Origin: Candidatus Onstottus arcticum
Lineage (GTDB): Bacteria; Acidobacteriota; Blastocatellia; UBA7656
Assembly: GCA_038040485.1 (NCBI GenBank)
Contig: JBBPIE010000036.1
Span: forward strand, 3,076-67,075
DNA length: 64,000 nucleotides
Reading direction: 5' to 3'
This document shows, one piece after another, positions 26,916 to 36,674 of the stretch; position 1 is the stretch's first letter; each line of letters opens with the position of its first letter. Both the position numbers and the translations under genes were made by a program. The notes beneath the pieces were generated by a model, which was not told the origin of the DNA, made no database searches, and worked only from the letters and a program-made list of their open reading frames with translations.

Positions 26916-29900
26916 TCACTTGAAGCAAGCATCGAAAACCGCCTGATCATTCTTACGCGATTGGCCGGAAGGTGATCCGAAGGCATCATAGTGCAGAGCA
27001 CCCGTTGCGTGCCCTAACTCATGCAGAATCGTGAGCGCCCGAGACTCATCAGGCGTGATGCCGTAAAAGGCGGCGTCGTCTTCCGTCGCCTTCCCAAAGA
27101 AGTTTGTGCTGTCCGCCACGATGTTCCCCGTGATCGGATTATAGAATCCTATACCGCCGAAAGCCCATCCTTCCTTGATCTTACGATTCTTCGCGAGCTT
27201 CATGAGCAACGAGAGCGCACCCTTTCCTTTGCTGGACTTTCCGGGTTTGCTGCTCAAAAAGGCCTGACACTTTAAGCTATCGATCAATTTGAGGATGGCA
27301 GCGGTAATAGCGTCCCCCAGGATTTGTTCGTGAGTGCGCGACGCCGGATCATAGTTGCCAATCCAAGCAGGAACTCCGCCGCCGACGCCTGGATTGACGA
27401 CGACAGGAGATTCCCGAAGCATTCCGTCACCATTGCCCATGTTGAATTCGCCGTCTAGAGATGGGTCCTCCTGTTCAACTATCGGGATCGTTACTTCCCG
27501 AACCTCAATTATCTCGTCAGTCACCTCCAGAACTATTGGTGGATCGTCAGGATCATAATTTGGGGGTGGCGGGTCGTCATCATCAAGGCCGAGCGGATCG
27601 ACTCGATTAACTGGATTGCTACGGGCGTAGCTGTACCTGTTCCAACTCTGCGGATCAGTCGCGAACCCGGAAGCCTTATAAGGATCGGCCTGGGAGAATC
27701 GGCCGACGTTAGCGGAGTGACTTCTGTTGACCGTGTAATCCAACCCGCTCTCGCCGTCGCGTTCATAGCTCGTGAAATGATGCTTCTCCTGGGTGCCTGT
27801 TTCTGCGAAGCCTTCTCCAAACGGCAGGTGCCCTTGACGCCCGACTACGTTCCCGCCTGTGTCTAATGACACCCTCACGCTCAAGCGGTCACTCAGGAAG
27901 TATCGGCTCGTCCAGGAGCCGGTGCTGCTTGTTCGCTGGCGGCTTCGGAGCATTCTCGCGCCGGCGTAAATGTTGTCCAACCGCGCAGATTTCACTTGAT
28001 ACGGCGGATTTGTCGAGTATGCAGTGGTGCCGTCGTGCTCAGCGATTACCTGCGAGCCTTGCCAAACATAGTGCGTCCAGCTTGAACCCACGATCTTTGT
28101 CACTCGCCGGTTTTGATGATCATAACGATACTGCGCCGTAGCTCCGCTGTCTACGCCCACCATTCGGTTCTCGGCGTCGTAGGTGTACGTGTGAAGCCCG
28201 TCGCTGGTCACGTTGCCTGCCGCGTCATAGGTGTAGTTCACAGTCGAGCCACTGTTGGTCACGCTTCCGATGCGATTCGTCGGCGCGGAGCCGCCTTGTT
28301 GAAACGTCGTCGGAAACGTCACGCTCTGAATCTGAGTCGGGGGCGTCTTTCCCCCGGGCAGCCCGTCATACACCGCCGTCCGGTTTCCCCAACGGTCGTA
28401 CTCGAACAACCGCTGCGCGCTTGACCCGTTCGAGCTTTGATTTGAAGTCCCGAGCCGCCCCAGCAAATCATATGTGTACGCCGCGCTCTCTGTCGTGCTG
28501 TTGATTGTTCCGCTAATCGTCATCAACTGACCCGCGTTCCCAGCCGTCGAGCCTGCGCCCATCTGCCCGGCTGATGCCTGGTAACTGTAGGTCAGATTCA
28601 TCAATCCATTCGCAGGGCCACCGCTCTTTGTGGCTGTTTGACTTGTCAATTGAAGACGGTTTGCGTCATACCCGTAGCTCTCTACAACTCCGTTGCCAAG
28701 CGTCAGACCGGTTAATTGACCCGCAGTGTTGTAGCTCACCCCAGTTAGGTATCCCGATGTTTCTCCCGGCTCATTGGTAAGGGATTGCGTTTGCCCTTTG
28801 TCGTCGTGATTCACAGCGACCTGCTGACCTGAAGGATAGGTCATTTTCGAGAGTTGGTTTCCGAGGTTGTAGTCATAGCTGATCGTGTAGGTCTTGCGCG
28901 AATCAGAAGTCTGGCCCTGAATCCATCGCGTCACCGAAGATACTCGAAAGAAGTCGTCGAATTCATACGTCTCCGTGTACTTGTTCGAAATCGTTATGCT
29001 GGAAAGCGAGCCCCAACTGGTGTATCCGAAGATTCGATCTTCGGTCGCTCCGACTCCAGAAGGCAGCGCAGGCCGCGTCGAGCCTGAGTCGTCACCACCT
29101 ATGCCAGTAAACCAAAGCTGCGTCACGTTTCTCAGCGGATCGTACGCATAGTGGCTCTCAACTCCTCGTGCGTCGGTCTTCTTCTTCACGGCCCCGTACT
29201 CGGTGTACGCATAAGCCGAAGTCCACAGTGTTCCAGTTCCGTCGTTTATCGTCGCTGTTTGTTCTGGAATCTTCTCGTAAAGCAATCGTCCCAGCGCATC
29301 GTGCTTGTAAAACCGCGCCTGGTTGCCTTGATTCACCGATGTCCGCTTGTTTAGAAGCGAGTACGAGTAAGTCGTCTCTTGAGTCAGCGCACCCGCCGGC
29401 GTTTGGTCAGTGACCTTGATCAAGCGCCCGAGCCCGTCGGCCTCGCGTTTGCTCTTGCGGTTCACCTGATCGGTAAGCGTCAAGGTGCTGCCGAGGTAAT
29501 CGCTTCGCGTTGTGTTGCCGTCGGGCATTTTCGTTATCACCACCCGGGTCGCCAGGTCGTATTGAATTGTTGTGGCGGGTCCTGGCGAGCCTCCCGTTTG
29601 AAACGGGTTCGTTCGGCTGACGACTCTTCCCATCGCATCGTAGCTCGTGTTCACTTGCGCGTTCGTCGGCGCGACTGTGTAGATTACTCGTCCCCAGCCG
29701 TCGTATTGCGTCGTCGATGTGAGGGTTTTCTGCGTCCCAAGATCGTCGTACGTTTGGGTCGAAGTTGAAGAGAGAGTCGCATAGCTGAAGTTGGCGTTTG
29801 CATTCGCGCCAGTCGGAAGCGTCACGCTTGAAGCTTGCAGCGCTGCGTTGTATCCGATGCTCGTCTCAAGTCCGGCTCCATTCATTTGTGATGTCGGCAG

Positions 29901-32483
29901 GCTCGTGTTGAAGTCGTAATCAGTCGAGGTCGTCGTGTGTACCCCGTTCGGATCGCCGCTCGTCTCTGAATCCGGCTGTGCCCAGTAGGTCGCATCAGTG
30001 ATGGTCAGATCTTTCTCCTGACAGCACGACACTTGAGCTTTGACCACGTTTCCGAAGATATCGTACTTGGCAAGGTGTTGAATCGTAGTCCCCGCTTGCA
30101 AGTCCGTCCACTCGGTCACTCCTGTCACGTTGCCGCGATTCGCCGGGTCGGTCCAAACGGCGTAGCCCGGCGGATTGGCTGTCCCCCCGTAGTCTTCCAT
30201 CCCTCCCATCGACGCGTAGTTGTCATACGCATAAGTCGTCTTCGCGATCATCACATCGTCAGCATCGTTGGTGTTGAGCAGCGCGTCGTAAACATCTCCT
30301 TCAGTCAACAGGTTTACGCCAACCGCGTTCACCGTGTAGGTCCAACGGCTCCGCCTTCTTACCTGCCAAGCCCCGCTCACCTGATACCCGTACTCTCGCT
30401 TGTTGGTTATGTTCCCCAATGCGTCGCAATCAAAGTCAGTCTTCACCGGCGTCCCCTGATCGTCGCAACCAATAACCGACTGAACCTGAGGCGAGCCGCC
30501 TCCGTCATTCACGTACGTGATCAGCGATTTGCCCAGCGACGCCGAGCCTGCCTTCACCTCGCTTTGAGTAAGCAATCCGTTCGCAACCGACGCCGCGTTA
30601 GTCGAGCGCGTCAGTTCCAAAGTCGTTGAATCCGGCTGCGTGATCGTGAACGTCTTTGTCTGATTGACTCCGTTTGTGCTGGTCGAATATGTATAGACAC
30701 TCTGCGGCGCGTTCGTCGCGTTCTCGGTCCGCTGAGTGAACGCAGGCACATCCGTCAGTTGAGTCGAGCCGCTCGTCGGATAGTTGAAAGCCTCGCTTGC
30801 CGTTTCGGTCCCGTCACTGATCACACCGCTGCCGTTGATGGTCATCGATCGCCTCATCGACAGGTTGTAGATCATCCCGTAGCCCGAATAAGTAAACAGA
30901 TACCCGGTGTTCGTAGCCGGAAAGTAAACGTGCCGCAACGCCTTTCCATCCCCACCACCGACATGCTCGACGGTCAGGCCGCTGAAGTTGTAACTCACCG
31001 ACAGCGTCTGGTAGTCGAACTGCACAAGCGTTTGCGTAACCGGGTTCTGCGCGGTGCCGCCAAACCCTGGCGCCGTGATCGACGTCAGCTTGCCGGTTGC
31101 GTTGTACTGGAATTGAATCAGCCTCCCCAGCGTGTCAGTGACGTAGTCTATCGACGTCGGCGGAAACACTCCGCAGTACCCTCCGCTTTGGTCGTAGTAG
31201 CACTCAGGCTTGTAGGCAATCTGCACGATGTTCCCGTTGGTGTCGAAGATCTGTGTAGGCACAAGCCGATTGTTCACCGCCGTGATCGAAACAAACGTCC
31301 CGCTCTTGTAACTCAACGTTCCGCCATATCGAGCGTTCCCATTGTAAGTGATATGCGTACCGTCCGATGTCTGAAAGATCCCTCCGTCCATCCACGTGCC
31401 GGTCCCGAGATACCGCCGAGTCCCGTCCGCATCTATCAGCACATACTTGCCGGTAGGATTACCTCCACCCTGTGTCGTATAGAACACGACTCGGCCAAAC
31501 CCCAGCGAGAATCCAGGACCCGGCCAGCCCGATATCGCGTCGAACGCGACTGCGTTATTTCGCCGGCTCCACACACGGCTGTTATAGAACAGCGTTAGGT
31601 TCGTCCCCACGTTTCGGCCTCCGAGCCCGACGATCGGCACAGCGAACTCGAAGTTGCTCCCTTCCGGGAGTACCGACCCGGTGCGGGTTCCTTCGACAGC
31701 TCGATTGCGAGGGGAGCCCACCATGTTCCGCGGCTCGCTCCACATCTCGTCGTACCCGAAATCATCGGGCCAGCTTGTTTGCGCTTCAGCAGTCGGGACC
31801 AGCTTATCGATCAGACCAGCGAGCAAACCCCTAGACCCGCTTGATCCGCTTGAACCGGATGGCGCTGCTGTCTCGCTCAAGCTCTGCTGGTCGGCCCACC
31901 ACTCAGCATCGGATTGCCGAGGACGACGGCCCGCGCGCACCAGGACCGGAACGCTGGCTTGAGCGGTTCCTGCGCGACAGGTGATTCTCGCGAGACCCGG
32001 CTGCAAAAACGTCGCGCGGCCAACGTCGTCGACCTGGACTTTTTCGGGGTCGGATGACTCCCAAGTGAACTTGACGCCTTGGATAGTCTGATCACGAAGG
32101 TTGGCGGGCACCGCGCCGAACGTCTGAGACTGTCCTTGATAAGCCACGAACCTTCGAGGGGAGATTCGGATCCGAGCCACACGAGAGACGCGATCCGTCA
32201 GAGTCTCACGCTGAGGTCGGCTACGCGCTCCCAAGCCGAACAACGATTTGATGATTGGTTCAAGATATCGAATCGGTGAGGCTGTGAAATCAACAGCCGT
32301 TGACGCGAGCGCGCGTACGTCGCTGGCAGCAAGCCCCGGCCCCGGCAAAATGAGAAGGCTCGACATCAGCCCGAAGCACATAAGCTTTCTGCCAACGCCC
32401 GGCCGCGAGACTCGCCGGCGTACAGTCTGATCAGGTAACAGCCGCTGTGATTTTGGAGACAGCTTAGCGAAAATCGATGGCAT
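26916..32483 (-). CDS. RHS/YD-repeat protein with HExxH C-terminal domain
   Basis: YD repeats (YDGWGR, YDAMGR, YDLLGRL, YDAENR), core end PFGE...GRFSQADP...WNRYSY..SNPVNRVDPLGL, tip ILHELGH. Confidence 0.92.
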   Translation of the reverse strand: MPSIFAKLSPKSQRLLPDQTVRRRVSRPGVGRKLMCFGLMSSLLILPGPGLAASDVRALASTAVDFTASPIRYLEPIIKSLFGLGARSRPQRETLTDRVSRVARIRISPRRFVAYQGQSQTFGAVPANLRDQTIQGVKFTWESSDPEKVQVDDVGRATFLQPGLARITCRAGTAQASVPVLVRAGRRPRQSDAEWWADQQSLSETAAPSGSSGSSGSRGLLAGLIDKLVPTAEAQTSWPDDFGYDEMWSEPRNMVGSPRNRAVEGTRTGSVLPEGSNFEFAVPIVGLGGRNVGTNLTLFYNSRVWSRRNNAVAFDAISGWPGPGFSLGFGRVVFYTTQGGGNPTGKYVLIDADGTRRYLGTGTWMDGGIFQTSDGTHITYNGNARYGGTLSYKSGTFVSITAVNNRLVPTQIFDTNGNIVQIAYKPECYYDQSGGYCGVFPPTSIDYVTDTLGRLIQFQYNATGKLTSITAPGFGGTAQNPVTQTLVQFDYQTLSVSYNFSGLTVEHVGGGDGKALRHVYFPATNTGYLFTYSGYGMIYNLSMRRSMTINGSGVISDGTETASEAFNYPTSGSTQLTDVPAFTQRTENATNAPQSVYTYSTSTNGVNQTKTFTITQPDSTTLELTRSTNAASVANGLLTQSEVKAGSASLGKSLITYVNDGGGSPQVQSVIGCDDQGTPVKTDFDCDALGNITNKREYGYQVSGAWQVRRRSRWTYTVNAVGVNLLTEGDVYDALLNTNDADDVMIAKTTYAYDNYASMGGMEDYGGTANPPGYAVWTDPANRGNVTGVTEWTDLQAGTTIQHLAKYDIFGNVVKAQVSCCQEKDLTITDATYWAQPDSETSGDPNGVHTTTSTDYDFNTSLPTSQMNGAGLETSIGYNAALQASSVTLPTGANANANFSYATLSSTSTQTYDDLGTQKTLTSTTQYDGWGRVIYTVAPTNAQVNTSYDAMGRVVSRTNPFQTGGSPGPATTIQYDLATRVVITKMPDGNTTRSDYLGSTLTLTDQVNRKSKREADGLGRLIKVTDQTPAGALTQETTYSYSLLNKRTSVNQGNQARFYKHDALGRLLYEKIPEQTATINDGTGTLWTSAYAYTEYGAVKKKTDARGVESHYAYDPLRNVTQLWFTGIGGDDSGSTRPALPSGVGATEDRIFGYTSWGSLSSITISNKYTETYEFDDFFRVSSVTRWIQGQTSDSRKTYTISYDYNLGNQLSKMTYPSGQQVAVNHDDKGQTQSLTNEPGETSGYLTGVSYNTAGQLTGLTLGNGVVESYGYDANRLQLTSQTATKSGGPANGLMNLTYSYQASAGQMGAGSTAGNAGQLMTISGTINSTTESAAYTYDLLGRLGTSNQSSNGSSAQRLFEYDRWGNRTAVYDGLPGGKTPPTQIQSVTFPTTFQQGGSAPTNRIGSVTNSGSTVNYTYDAAGNVTSDGLHTYTYDAENRMVGVDSGATAQYRYDHQNRRVTKIVGSSWTHYVWQGSQVIAEHDGTTAYSTNPPYQVKSARLDNIYAGARMLRSRQRTSSTGSWTSRYFLSDRLSVRVSLDTGGNVVGRQGHLPFGEGFAETGTQEKHHFTSYERDGESGLDYTVNRSHSANVGRFSQADPYKASGFATDPQSWNRYSYARSNPVNRVDPLGLDDDDPPPPNYDPDDPPIVLEVTDEIIEVREVTIPIVEQEDPSLDGEFNMGNGDGMLRESPVVVNPGVGGGVPAWIGNYDPASRTHEQILGDAITAAILKLIDSLKCQAFLSSKPGKSSKGKGALSLLMKLAKNRKIKEGWAFGGIGFYNPITGNIVADSTNFFGKATEDDAAFYGITPDESRALTILHELGHATGALHYDAFGSPSGQSRKNDQAVFDACFK

Positions 32484-32662
32484 ATGAACCTCTCACAGTG
32501 ATGGAATGCGCTCAGGCTTAGCAGCACCGAGCTACAACCCTCAGCCGGAAAAGGGTTCATCCCCAAACCCTACCCTTCGGAACCAACGAACTCGATATTA
32601 CCGTTGATGATCTGCCGGTGATTACCACCGGCTCCCACGATTGTGTCGATCAGGACGCGGCG

Positions 32663-32691
32663 ATGATACGACCCAGTTGTAACGATGTCAA
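32663..32691 (-). promoter_or_regulatory. Sigma70 promoter for the RHS gene
   Basis: TTGACA-17 bp-TATCAT about 180 bp upstream of the ATG. Confidence 0.65.
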
Positions 32692-32774
32692 CAACAAGTT
32701 TGTCCGAGATGAACAGTCGGCCAGCAACAATCGTCCTTCCAACAATGACACGCTCTACCAATCTATTCGTGACC

Positions 32775-32802
32775 CCTAACCTTTTCCGACTATGATGTCT
32801 CT
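32775..32802 (+). promoter_or_regulatory. Candidate ECF-type promoter
   Basis: TAAC-16 bp-GTCT upstream of the ECF sigma gene. Confidence 0.35.
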
Positions 32803-32845
32803 ATACCTATGAAGGCCGTTGCAGGCGCGGCGGCTTGGAGCGCGG

Positions 32846-33436
32846 ATGGCGAAGGAAGGCTCGGAACCGCCCGACGAGGTGCTGGTAGTTGCTTCGATTC
32901 TCGGCGACCTGGACGCGTTCGATTTGCTGGCGACGCGCTATCGCGCCGCCGTAGTTCGAACGGCTCAGTCGATCGTCGGCCGCGAAGACGCCGAAGACAT
33001 CGCGCAGGACTCGTTGCTGCTGGCGTTCAAAGCTTTGCCTTCGATTGAAGACCCGACGAAGTTTGCGGCATGGCTTGCGGCAATCACCCGGCATCGCGCG
33101 ACGCGAGTTGGCAAACGCGAGAGCGCCAGACAACGCGGGCGAGTCCCGATGGATGAGTTTCTGATCCAGCAGGTCGAGGCGCTTGCGCATCCGCCCGCAA
33201 CCGGAGGCGATGAGGACGAGGACTTGAGACTTGCGCTTGAAGGCTTGTCCGCGGATTACGCGCTGGTGTTGCGGCTGAGGTTCTTCGACGAGATGCCGCT
33301 CAAACGAATAGCCGCGTTTCTCGGAGTGGCAATTTCGACGGTCAAGTGGCGCGTGCATCGCGGCAAGCAACTGCTGCGCGAGCGGCTTGAACAACAAAAC
33401 ACCGGAGGTGAGAAATGGAAAGAGACAGAGAGATAA
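32846..33436 (+). CDS. ECF RNA polymerase sigma factor
   Basis: GDLDAFDLL..RY, DAEDIAQD, FAAWL..I; region 4 LRFFDEMPLKRIAAFLGVAISTVKWRVHRGK; ATG 32846 with GGAG SD. Confidence 0.92.
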   Translation: MAKEGSEPPDEVLVVASILGDLDAFDLLATRYRAAVVRTAQSIVGREDAEDIAQDSLLLAFKALPSIEDPTKFAAWLAAITRHRATRVGKRESARQRGRVPMDEFLIQQVEALAHPPATGGDEDEDLRLALEGLSADYALVLRLRFFDEMPLKRIAAFLGVAISTVKWRVHRGKQLLRERLEQQNTGGEKWKETER

Positions 33437-33753
33437 GAAAACTTGTAAACGTGCTTCGGCGGATCGTGCGTGCGGCGAACTACGCTTCGTGGCGGCAGGC
33501 CGAGCCGGATGCCGCGCGGTTCTGTGTGTCGCAGTACAACAAAGTGCTCGCGCGGCTCGTTGAACTCGAGCCGGCAGCCGCCGCGCTCTTCACCACGCTT
33601 CCCGAAACCGCTTCACCGGAAGTAACTCGAATGGCCGCTTATGAAGTTGCAGCATACTTTGAAGACGAAGCGACGCCCGAGAGAGGTCATCATCGCGCCC
33701 GGCATTGCGGCGGAAGGCGAGTGCGGGTCGGGTGGTCTGCGATCGTACGCTAG
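33415..33753 (+). CDS. Hypothetical protein, paralog 1 of ECF-linked pair
   Basis: SD GGAGGTG; overlaps the sigma stop; homologous to the next gene. Confidence 0.8.
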   Translation: MERDREIRKLVNVLRRIVRAANYASWRQAEPDAARFCVSQYNKVLARLVELEPAAAALFTTLPETASPEVTRMAAYEVAAYFEDEATPERGHHRARHCGGRRVRVGWSAIVR

Positions 33754-33766
33754 CAGGAGGTGGATT

Positions 33767-34255
33767 ATGGAACGAGAGAAAGAACTTGCGAAGCTTGTGA
33801 ACGTGTTGAGACGGACTTCACGAATGGCGCTGCAGTCCGAGTGGACCGGCAGCAGCCAGGACGCGGCGCGGTTCTGCGTCGAGCAGTACAACCGCGTGCT
33901 TGCGCGCTTGAAGGAACTCGACCCGGGGGTTGGGAGCGTCTTTGATCCTCTTGCGGCTGACAGCTCGCTTACGGTTGCGGCGATGGCTTGCCGCCAGCTC
34001 GCTGCCTACTACGAAGATGAGGTCGGCAGAGCAGGCTGGGGCTCGTGGGGCGATCCGACGCACGGCGTCTGGGTTGACAAGAAAGCGTTCAAAGACTTTT
34101 GGAGCAAATCCGCCCGCGAGATTGAGGACTTCGGCGAGTTCATTCGCGAGAACATCGAGGATTGGGTCAAGCAGTACAAAGCCAAAGACAAACCGGACGA
34201 AGGCGGCACTCACAACACCACGAAACTGGACCCGGAAGATACGAAACCTCAATAA
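33767..34255 (+). CDS. Hypothetical protein, paralog 2 of ECF-linked pair
   Basis: SD AGGAGG; start MEREKE at 33767; shares KLVNVLRR / DAARFCV.QYN.VLARL.EL.P / AAY.EDE with paralog 1. Confidence 0.8.
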   Translation: MEREKELAKLVNVLRRTSRMALQSEWTGSSQDAARFCVEQYNRVLARLKELDPGVGSVFDPLAADSSLTVAAMACRQLAAYYEDEVGRAGWGSWGDPTHGVWVDKKAFKDFWSKSAREIEDFGEFIRENIEDWVKQYKAKDKPDEGGTHNTTKLDPEDTKPQ

Positions 34256-34471
34256 ACCGGGAGCGACTGGTGGTGCCGACCTTGGTCAAGGCGAGGGTCG
34301 GTTCTTGAACCCAAGCGGCCGCGAGCGCATCAGCGTTTGACCACGGACCAATGCCTGCGCCAAAACTTGCAGCCGGAAAATCTTACACTCCGGAGCTGTA
34401 ATCTTTACGCTTCCGCGCCGCGCATTGAGCATCCAAGGCTCTGTTTCTTGAGCTAGTTGCCACTCTAATAG

Positions 34472-34488
34472 TCGGCATAACACTTGCA
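34472..34488 (+). promoter_or_regulatory. Sigma54 promoter upstream of the OmpA lipoprotein
   Basis: TCGGCATAACACTTGCA: GG-N10-GC matching the YTGGCACGNNNNTTGCW consensus. Confidence 0.6.
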
Positions 34489-34637
34489 GACCCCAACGTG
34501 GGGCAGAGATACGGGTGATGATCAATTCATTCTCCGATCTCTTATGTGGTTACTGTGGTGAGGACAGTAACCACACAAGGCGATGCGGATAATCTCTGCA
34601 TCGCCTTTTATTCTTGAATAATGGTGGGAACCAGATA

Positions 34638-35354
34638 ATGAGAACTCGCTTGATACAGTTCGCGGCCATTAGTGCCGTGGTGGTCCTTGGCTCAGCAGGC
34701 TGCGCGACGAAGAAATACGCGCGCAACCGCATCAACGAACGTGTAGCGCCGCTCGAACAGCGCACAGGCGAACTCGAGGAGACGTCGCGCAGAAACACTC
34801 AGGACATAGGCCGCCTCGGCGAGGATATCAACGAGGTTCGCGGGCGCACGGATCGCGCGCAGACTCAAGCAGACGCAGCACTGGGACGCGCAGAAGACGC
34901 CAACAAGCGCGCCGGCGCCGCCGAGCAATCAGTCACCGACCTGCGGACTAACCTGGACAAGTACGCGCTTCAGAATACGGCAACCGTAAATTTCAAATTT
35001 GACAGCTACGAGCTGACGCCCGAAGCGAAGGCGTCGCTCGACCAACTCGCGTCACAGATCAAGGATCGCAACAACTTCATCCTCGAGGTAACGGGCTTTG
35101 CGGACTGGGTGGGCTCAGACACTTACAACAATCAGCTTACCGAAAAGCGAGCCGGCGCCGTTCGCCGTTACCTTGCCGAGCAGCACAATGTCCCATTGTT
35201 TAGAATGCATATGCTCGGGTTTGGCGAGCTTCGGGCGGTAGCTAACAATAACTCGCCTGAAGGCCGCGCACAGAATCGCCGGGTCGAGATTCGCTTGCTG
35301 AGCCGCGGAACGGGCGCCGCTACAGCTCAGACGACTCCATCGACTCAACGTTGA
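34638..35354 (+). CDS. OmpA-family peptidoglycan-binding lipoprotein with coiled-coil
   Basis: Lipobox SAGC; F.FDSYEL, GFAD..G...YN..L.EKRA.AV..YL, GRAQNRRVEI. Confidence 0.92.
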   Translation: MRTRLIQFAAISAVVVLGSAGCATKKYARNRINERVAPLEQRTGELEETSRRNTQDIGRLGEDINEVRGRTDRAQTQADAALGRAEDANKRAGAAEQSVTDLRTNLDKYALQNTATVNFKFDSYELTPEAKASLDQLASQIKDRNNFILEVTGFADWVGSDTYNNQLTEKRAGAVRRYLAEQHNVPLFRMHMLGFGELRAVANNNSPEGRAQNRRVEIRLLSRGTGAATAQTTPSTQR

Positions 35355-35425
35355 AAGTCTCTCTCTCACTGATCGAGCGGCCATACCCCCGCTGAGAACC
35401 CGCGCTCGATCAGAGCCCCCGAAGT

Positions 35426-35453
35426 AAAGGCGGACCATCCGGTCCGCCTTTTT
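35426..35453 (+). terminator. Rho-independent terminator
   Basis: AAAGGCGGACC-ATCC-GGTCCGCCTTTTT. Confidence 0.8.
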
Positions 35454-35688
35454 GTCATGAGCCCCGTTCGGTTTGGTTGGAAGATCAGACAGAAAGTTTT
35501 TGCGAGGATTCGCGCTATTCGCGGATCCGAAGCGCGACACGCCACTCCTGGGATAGAATAGCGCGGCGTTCCAAATCGCACTGGTCCCGGAGAGTCGCGA
35601 AATGGATCGCCCAGAGACCGACTTCCTCGCCAGGTCTTCGGCGCTGCGAGCGGCTCGATGGTGAAAGGTCGTTCTTAACGAGGCGAAG

Positions 35689-36198
35689 ATGGACGGTCGA
35701 ATAGAATTGCTCAAAGCAGACATCACAACGCTCGAGGTTGACGCCATAGTCAACGCCGCGAACAGCTCTCTTCTTGGAGGTGGTGGAGTCGACGGCGCGA
35801 TACATAGAGCTGCCGGGCCGGAGCTTCTCGCCGAGTGCAAGACGCTTCGAGGCTGCCCGACTGGCCAGGCGAAGATCACGCTCGGCTACAAGCTTCCTGC
35901 CAAGTACGTGATTCATACGGTTGGACCCGTCTGGCAAGGAGGCGGACGCGGCGAAGCGGAGTTGCTTTCATCGTGCTATCTCTCGAGTCTCCGACTGGCG
36001 ATCGAACACGGCGTGAAGACGATCGCCTTCCCGGCGATAAGCTGCGGAGTTTATGGCTACCCTGTTGAACAAGCCTGCGAGATAGCGGTCAGAGAGACGG
36101 CGGACTTTCTCACAGGCGAAGCGTCGATCGAGAGAGTAATATTTGTTTGCTTCGGGGACGATGTTTACCAGGCTTATGTGAAAGCCCTGAACACCTGA
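35689..36198 (+). CDS. ymdB: Macro-domain O-acetyl-ADP-ribose deacetylase (YmdB-like)
   Basis: [50 protein letters not shown]. Confidence 0.93.
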   Translation: MDGRIELLKADITTLEVDAIVNAANSSLLGGGGVDGAIHRAAGPELLAECKTLRGCPTGQAKITLGYKLPAKYVIHTVGPVWQGGGRGEAELLSSCYLSSLRLAIEHGVKTIAFPAISCGVYGYPVEQACEIAVRETADFLTGEASIERVIFVCFGDDVYQAYVKALNT

Positions 36199-36674
36199 TG
36201 AACAGAGCAAAGGCGCCGCGAAAACACTGCTACGATCATCCTCGGCCGGCTGTCACCGTCGACATAGTTCTATTCACTCGCTTGAAGCGCGCCGAGCGGG
36301 TCTTGCTCATCCAGCGCAAGCGCGAGCCGTTCAAAGGGCTGTGGGCGTTTCCCGGTGGGTTCGTCGATGACAACGAGTCTCTTGAAGCGGCAGCCTCTCG
36401 CGAGCTGTTTGAAGAGACCGGCCTCGACGGCATTGAGCTCGAGCAGATCGGCGCGTTTGGTGATCCCGGGCGCGACCCGCGCGGTCACACCGTAAGCGTG
36501 GTCTTTGCCGCGTTGCTCGAAGATCAGCCTGAACCGGCGGCGGCTGATGACGCAGAAGACGCGCGGTGGCACTCGGTCTCTAGACATCCGCCTCTCGCCT
36601 TCGATCACAACAGGATTCTTCGCGCGGCTCGCGAGCGAATCCTTGGCGATCCGAAGGCGCGCAAGAACAGATGA
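36198..36674 (+). CDS. NUDIX hydrolase (ADP-ribose pyrophosphatase-like)
   Basis: PAVTVD, WAFPGGFV...ESLE.AA.REL.EETG, RDPRG, LAFDH; TGATG coupling to the macro gene. Confidence 0.9.
   Translation: MNRAKAPRKHCYDHPRPAVTVDIVLFTRLKRAERVLLIQRKREPFKGLWAFPGGFVDDNESLEAAASRELFEETGLDGIELEQIGAFGDPGRDPRGHTVSVVFAALLEDQPEPAAADDAEDARWHSVSRHPPLAFDHNRILRAARERILGDPKARKNR

Noticed and set aside
32570-32761. 63-aa ORF upstream of RHS
   Set aside because: TTG start, no SD, and spans the predicted promoter.
32809-33048. 79-aa ORF with ATG just after the ECF-like promoter
   Set aside because: Out of frame with the sigma gene and low-complexity; the sigma gene has its own SD-ATG at 32846.
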